40,976 nucleotides of DNA, from positions 1 through 40,976 of the forward strand of contig JANRLX010000066.1 of the NCBI GenBank assembly GCA_033762115.1, given 5' to 3'. Position 1 is the first letter of the stretch. The number at the start of each line of letters is the position of its first letter. The DNA is from Verrucomicrobiota bacterium. Lineage in GTDB: Bacteria > Verrucomicrobiota > Verrucomicrobiia > Limisphaerales > SXQI01. The notes beneath the pieces are model-generated. The model was not told the DNA's origin. It saw only the letters and a program-made list of their open reading frames with translations, and did not search any database. Positions 36,933-40,976 of this stretch are shown here, one piece after another. The position numbers were made by a program, and so were the translations under genes.

Positions 36933-39317
36933 TTAATCCGCTGAAGGAGTAATGATCCGGTAATAGCGCTCAAAACGGGTGGCGGCATTTGTGTCGGCAA
37001 TTTCGACAAGGCGATTGCTGCTTTCGGCCGGAATGTCTTTTAATTTTTTCCAATCGAATCCTGCCAGGTTCGTGGTCAGGGTATTCAAATATTGAATGGA
37101 ATAGCTTTTGTTGGCCACCGCAGTAAACCGGAGAAGGAAAGGCTGGTTTGTATTGGCGAAGCCCTGCCATTGCTGAAGTTTCAACACGCTGTTCACATCA
37201 CGCGGATTGGTGCCTGCCACGTATTCCTTCAGGTTGCTGTGGGAATCCTGGTCTGTGTCGAGAGCGGCATCAGAAGAGTTGTTGGGATTGAATTGGTTGG
37301 CGATTTCCCATTCGTCCGGCACGCCATCAGAATCGGAATCTGCAACAGCACTGGAATTGGCTTTTCCAGCTGTCGAAGCGGCAGCTTCCCAGGAAAGTGG
37401 ATCGTTCCCGAATGCTAAACTATTTTTGCGTTGCAGGGAGTTGCCGGTGCCATCAGCGCCAGTTGGCCAAGGGGCTGCATCATCATAGTTTAGTTTGTCG
37501 ACGCGAATATGGGGTATGAAACCGGCATCCGGCTGCCCGGGCGCCTGGGGCGGATCGGGCTTGTACAATTCGATCTCTTCCCCACCATCACTTAATGAGC
37601 CGGAATAAGGGCCAAGAATCTGTACTCCATCTGGAATTCCGTATTTGCTGCGAAATTGTGAGGTAAACGTGGCATTTGTGGAGGGATTGAACGACACCAC
37701 GAGCAAATAGCTCAAGGGGTTGATTGTGGTGAAAGGAGGAAAAGTAAATTCCACGCCATTCTGCAAGCGCCAGGAATTTGCGGGATTCAACGGGTCGTAA
37801 AGCGCCACAGAAGACGCAGTAAGATTGTAAAGCTCGATGAATTCATCGGTGACATTATTCACCCCAGCGGACCCAGGAGGTCTGTACATGATTTCATTGA
37901 GAATAACAGGGCCTACACGTGGCGCACTGTTCGGAGCTCCTGTGCCAAGCCGAAATTCCGCGACACTGCTTGGCGAGGAAACTCCGAACGTTGGCTGAGC
38001 CATTGCCACGAATTTATAATCGCCGGGGAGGCTTGTCTGGTGTCGGCCAAATGAAACACCATTTTCGGCGGCTTCGAAGGTTTCGGAGACTAGCTGCCCC
38101 GTGAGATGGCCATTGACAACTTCGGACAAATAAACCTGGTCTCCGTGGGCAGAATTAAATGTGAACGGCACCAGAGCAGAGGCACCGTTAAATGCGCCTT
38201 CATAGATCACAGCGTAACCGTTTGGCGGGACAATGGTGCCTTGGGGAATAACGTAGCGTTTTAAATCATCATCGCTATTACTGAGATACCAGCCACTGAT
38301 GTCGATAGCATGGGCAGTGGTGTTGAAAAACTCGACGGCATCTTCCAGCGGTGGATCGGTGTGGCTCAAGATTTCGCTAACTACGAGGCCTGTATGAGTA
38401 ATGAAGTTTGATTTTGCAGGGCTTTCAGTATTTGGCATTGGGCGAATGGTCCCGGAACCATCCGGAAGGCGACCTTCGGAAATGCCGGCGGATTGAGCGC
38501 CAAAAGTGACAGTATCAATCGGTCCTCTGGCAGAAAAAAGACCAATGGAATCGCCGCCAGCACCAAGCTTGAAATTTACATGCGTTGGGCCTTTGTTCGT
38601 TTCCTCGCTGGCAAAAAATTGAAGATAAGCCCCGGGACCGGTGCCGATGTACGAAAGAGAAGGGATGGTGAACAAACGGAGATCAAGTTTGTCAGACAAG
38701 CTAAGACCTCCAAGAGCTACAGGCTGATTGCCGGGATTATAAAGTTCAAACCAATCATCCCCGCTGGACGGGCTGGCCATCCATTCGTTTATTTTTATTC
38801 CGTCACTTGATCCACCTGGCTGGGAAACGTTGACTGCTCCTGGAGTGGGGAGGTTCAACCCCCAGGTTCCACCAGCAGCAGCCCGTCCAATCGAAAAATC
38901 CAAAGCTTGAGCGCCGAAAATAACTGAATCAATCAGATCATTCCCGATATTATGAAGATAAAGGCGATCTCCGGAAGCTTTGAGACCGAAGCCACTGTTG
39001 AGCTGGCCATTGGCAGAAGTGCTTGCAGGTTGCCCAGCATCCATCAAAACCAGAAGAAAGCCTCCTGGTGCAATGGCAGTGCCGCCGGGGAAAGTCCATC
39101 TTCGGGGGAAAAGCGGATCATCGCTGAGCCCGGCACCCGACAGATTTACGGCAAGGCTCCCGGGGTTATGGATTTCAACCCAGTCTGTGGAAAAACCGCC
39201 CACGGGATAAGAACGGTTATTCGCCAGAACTTCATTGATCACAATAGGTTGCGCGGATGCCGTAAACGGGAAAAAAGCAATGCCACACAGGAGCAGGAGA
39301 CTGAATGATTTCCTCAT
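36933..39317 (-). CDS. secreted lamin-tail-domain repeat protein with Ca-binding repeats
   Basis: Signal peptide; four LTD starts (IVINEV, IKINEW, LVVSEI, VILNEI) with D(W/F/A).E..N motifs; DSDSDGVPDEWE and DTDQD repeats; C-terminal RYYRI. Confidence 0.85.
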   Translation of the reverse strand: MRKSFSLLLLCGIAFFPFTASAQPIVINEVLANNRSYPVGGFSTDWVEIHNPGSLAVNLSGAGLSDDPLFPRRWTFPGGTAIAPGGFLLVLMDAGQPASTSANGQLNSGFGLKASGDRLYLHNIGNDLIDSVIFGAQALDFSIGRAAAGGTWGLNLPTPGAVNVSQPGGSSDGIKINEWMASPSSGDDWFELYNPGNQPVALGGLSLSDKLDLRLFTIPSLSYIGTGPGAYLQFFASEETNKGPTHVNFKLGAGGDSIGLFSARGPIDTVTFGAQSAGISEGRLPDGSGTIRPMPNTESPAKSNFITHTGLVVSEILSHTDPPLEDAVEFFNTTAHAIDISGWYLSNSDDDLKRYVIPQGTIVPPNGYAVIYEGAFNGASALVPFTFNSAHGDQVYLSEVVNGHLTGQLVSETFEAAENGVSFGRHQTSLPGDYKFVAMAQPTFGVSSPSSVAEFRLGTGAPNSAPRVGPVILNEIMYRPPGSAGVNNVTDEFIELYNLTASSVALYDPLNPANSWRLQNGVEFTFPPFTTINPLSYLLVVSFNPSTNATFTSQFRSKYGIPDGVQILGPYSGSLSDGGEEIELYKPDPPQAPGQPDAGFIPHIRVDKLNYDDAAPWPTGADGTGNSLQRKNSLAFGNDPLSWEAAASTAGKANSSAVADSDSDGVPDEWEIANQFNPNNSSDAALDTDQDSHSNLKEYVAGTNPRDVNSVLKLQQWQGFANTNQPFLLRFTAVANKSYSIQYLNTLTTNLAGFDWKKLKDIPAESSNRLVEIADTNAATRFERYYRIITPSAD

Positions 39318-39472
39318 AGGGATTGGGGAAAGTTACACGTTCGTAACGTTTTGACAACCTGCACGACTCTCTCCACAAGGTAAATCCACTAAACAGTTGA
39401 CGCCATTTGGTCGATAAGAATAGCGTGATGGCGCGCAGGCAGAATCTTTTCCCCTGCTGCCGCTCTACTCTG

Positions 39473-40282
39473 ATGAACTTATTACGAAATTTAATTTCAG
39501 GGCTGTTGTGTGTCTTTTTACTGCAGCCACTTGCTGTTTTTTCCCAGCCGAACAGTCCCGATGGTCTCACCTACAAATCCGGGTATTCAAGCATGATGAA
39601 GCTTGGAAAGGACCTTTACGATCGCCTGGAAGGGAAGCAGCGGGATATGATCAGCTCCCAGCCCATTTCCATTGAAACGGAAATGACTCCTTTTGTGAGA
39701 TTGCTTTATTACCCAGATGAACCGAAAGCCATACGCGGTGTCTGGGTGTCAGCAGGTTTCATCGATTTGGTGAATCATGTCGCCCATGCCAAGGCGATCG
39801 ATATCAAGGAGAAGGGATACTTCAATAAATATATCCAGATTCTTGCCAAAGAAAGCGGGGAGAGGGAATTGCAGCCACTTCCCAATGATCAGAACCCAAA
39901 ATATTGGACAGATGAAATGCTCAATGAACAGCTGAGCAACTTTAATTCAATCGTTGGAATTGTGGTTGGGATCAAGCTCGCGCACCATTACCTTGGCCAT
40001 TACGACAAATATAAGGAGCGATTAACAGATGCCAAAGGTAATGTCACTCCGATAAACAATGTGATTACGGAGAAAGAATGGGATGAAGCTTTTGAACAGG
40101 GTGTTCGGAATGCCCTGGGTGCCGGATGTTTTACTGAAGGGGTCATCCCGTTTTTCGAGGCGTTTGACAAAATGGAGCAACGTCCGGCCTGGGTTGCTTA
40201 TTTTTTGCCACCGCACGCCAAATTCGCCAAGCTCAAGAAACGGATGGAAAAAATCCAGAGCGATTATCTTGCTGGCAACTAA
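39473..40282 (+). CDS. exported hypothetical protein resembling a degenerate M48 metallopeptidase
   Basis: Signal peptide (AVFS|Q); GVWVSAGFI, GIKLAHHYLGH and G...A..AG....G...FF pattern; likely start ATG 39473. Confidence 0.6.
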   Translation: MNLLRNLISGLLCVFLLQPLAVFSQPNSPDGLTYKSGYSSMMKLGKDLYDRLEGKQRDMISSQPISIETEMTPFVRLLYYPDEPKAIRGVWVSAGFIDLVNHVAHAKAIDIKEKGYFNKYIQILAKESGERELQPLPNDQNPKYWTDEMLNEQLSNFNSIVGIVVGIKLAHHYLGHYDKYKERLTDAKGNVTPINNVITEKEWDEAFEQGVRNALGAGCFTEGVIPFFEAFDKMEQRPAWVAYFLPPHAKFAKLKKRMEKIQSDYLAGN

Positions 40283-40297
40283 TCAGTTCCGGGAGCA

Positions 40298-40714
40298 TCA
40301 GACATCGATCACAGGGCCGCCCCCGGTAGAGGGAGATGGAGTGGGGGTCGATTTGTTTTTGGGATTTTCCTGGGGTTTTCCAAAAATTCCGTTGGCGAGG
40401 AAGGAAACGATACTGATAACGATAGCTCCTTTGACTGCTGCCCAAAAGCCATCCACATAAAACGGTTTCACCATCCAATCAACCAATTCAAGCAGCAGGG
40501 CATTGATGATAATGGTAAAAAGCCCGAGCGTCACGAGTAGCAAAGGCAGGGTAAGCAGCAGCATGATGGGTCGAAGAAACGCATTCAGCACACCGAGCAA
40601 CAGGGCGACCAAGGCCATGGCGGGATAATTGTCGGCGCGAATCCCATCAACAATGGAAGTGGCGACAAACACCGCAAGCGCCATGATCATCCATCGCTGT
40701 AAAAAACTTTTCAC
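40298..40714 (-). CDS. 'phage holin family' (YvlD/DUF360-like) membrane protein
   Basis: 4 TM segments; LG..NA..RP....LTLP....TLGLF..IINA, V.GFW.A motifs. Confidence 0.85.
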   Translation of the reverse strand: MKSFLQRWMIMALAVFVATSIVDGIRADNYPAMALVALLLGVLNAFLRPIMLLLTLPLLLVTLGLFTIIINALLLELVDWMVKPFYVDGFWAAVKGAIVISIVSFLANGIFGKPQENPKNKSTPTPSPSTGGGPVIDV

Positions 40715-40768
40715 TTTTTCAAGGGTTAACCTTGAGCAGGGAAATTGGCAAGTCAGGTTGCTTGCTAT

Positions 40769-40976
40769 TTAGGGGGTCACCAGTTTTGCCAGTCCGAGAA
40801 AAAAGAAGAATCCAGCCACATCCGTGACCGTTGTGACCATGATGCTGGAAGCCAGGGCGGGATCGATTCGTAATGCGCGCAAAGAGAGAGGCACCAGCAC
40901 ACCGGCAACAGTCGCTGCGATCATGTTCAGGAGCATCGCCACTCCAACAATGACGCCAAGAAGGGCGCTTCCCTTC
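40769..40976 (-). CDS. mgtE: magnesium transporter MgtE, C-terminal part (runs off window end)
   Basis: Manual translation: ...[57 protein letters not shown]. Confidence 0.9.
   Translation of the reverse strand, partial: KGSALLGVIVGVAMLLNMIAATVAGVLVPLSLRALRIDPALASSIMVTTVTDVAGFFFFLGLAKLVTP

Noticed and set aside
40298..40714. Prophage suggested by the 'phage holin family' gene
   Set aside because: This family is a common chromosomal membrane protein; no endolysin, integrase or structural phage genes are nearby.
1..40976. CRISPR arrays, tRNA/rRNA genes, IS elements, retron/DGR-type repeats
   Set aside because: No regularly spaced repeats, cloverleaf or rRNA signatures, transposase or reverse transcriptase seen. 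The pilin paralogues differ throughout rather than only at adenines.

Overview
Chromosomal segment of a bacterium, most likely a Verrucomicrobiota member (Pedosphaerales-like), inferred from the PVC-type heme protein, the lamin-tail-domain protein and the A|F-type prepilins. Housekeeping genes: hemA (partial), ccsA/hemX-like, mrp, DUF59, pyrR-pyrB, mntR, modABC, aroF, fba, grpE-dnaJ-rsmE, dciA-like and mgtE (partial). Accessory loci: (i) a tandemly duplicated three-gene minor-pilin (PilV/PilW/PilX-like) cassette behind a sigma-54 promoter; (ii) a polysaccharide-export module (unknown beta-rich protein, OM beta-barrel, short OPX, Wzc) with no adjacent biosynthesis genes; (iii) several secreted proteins. 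Regulatory elements read directly from the DNA: an unannotated Tyr-Tyr-Phe leader-peptide attenuator upstream of aroF (apparently leaderless), a PyrR-binding attenuator and Pho-box-like repeats. Four enzyme homologues lack canonical catalytic or ligand residues: GH42 (NE->NG), Mrp (no CxxC), M48-like (no HExxH) and DAHP synthase (DPSH->DPSQ). I saw no rRNA, tRNA, CRISPR array or mobile element. All calls come from motif recognition by eye; no searches were run.
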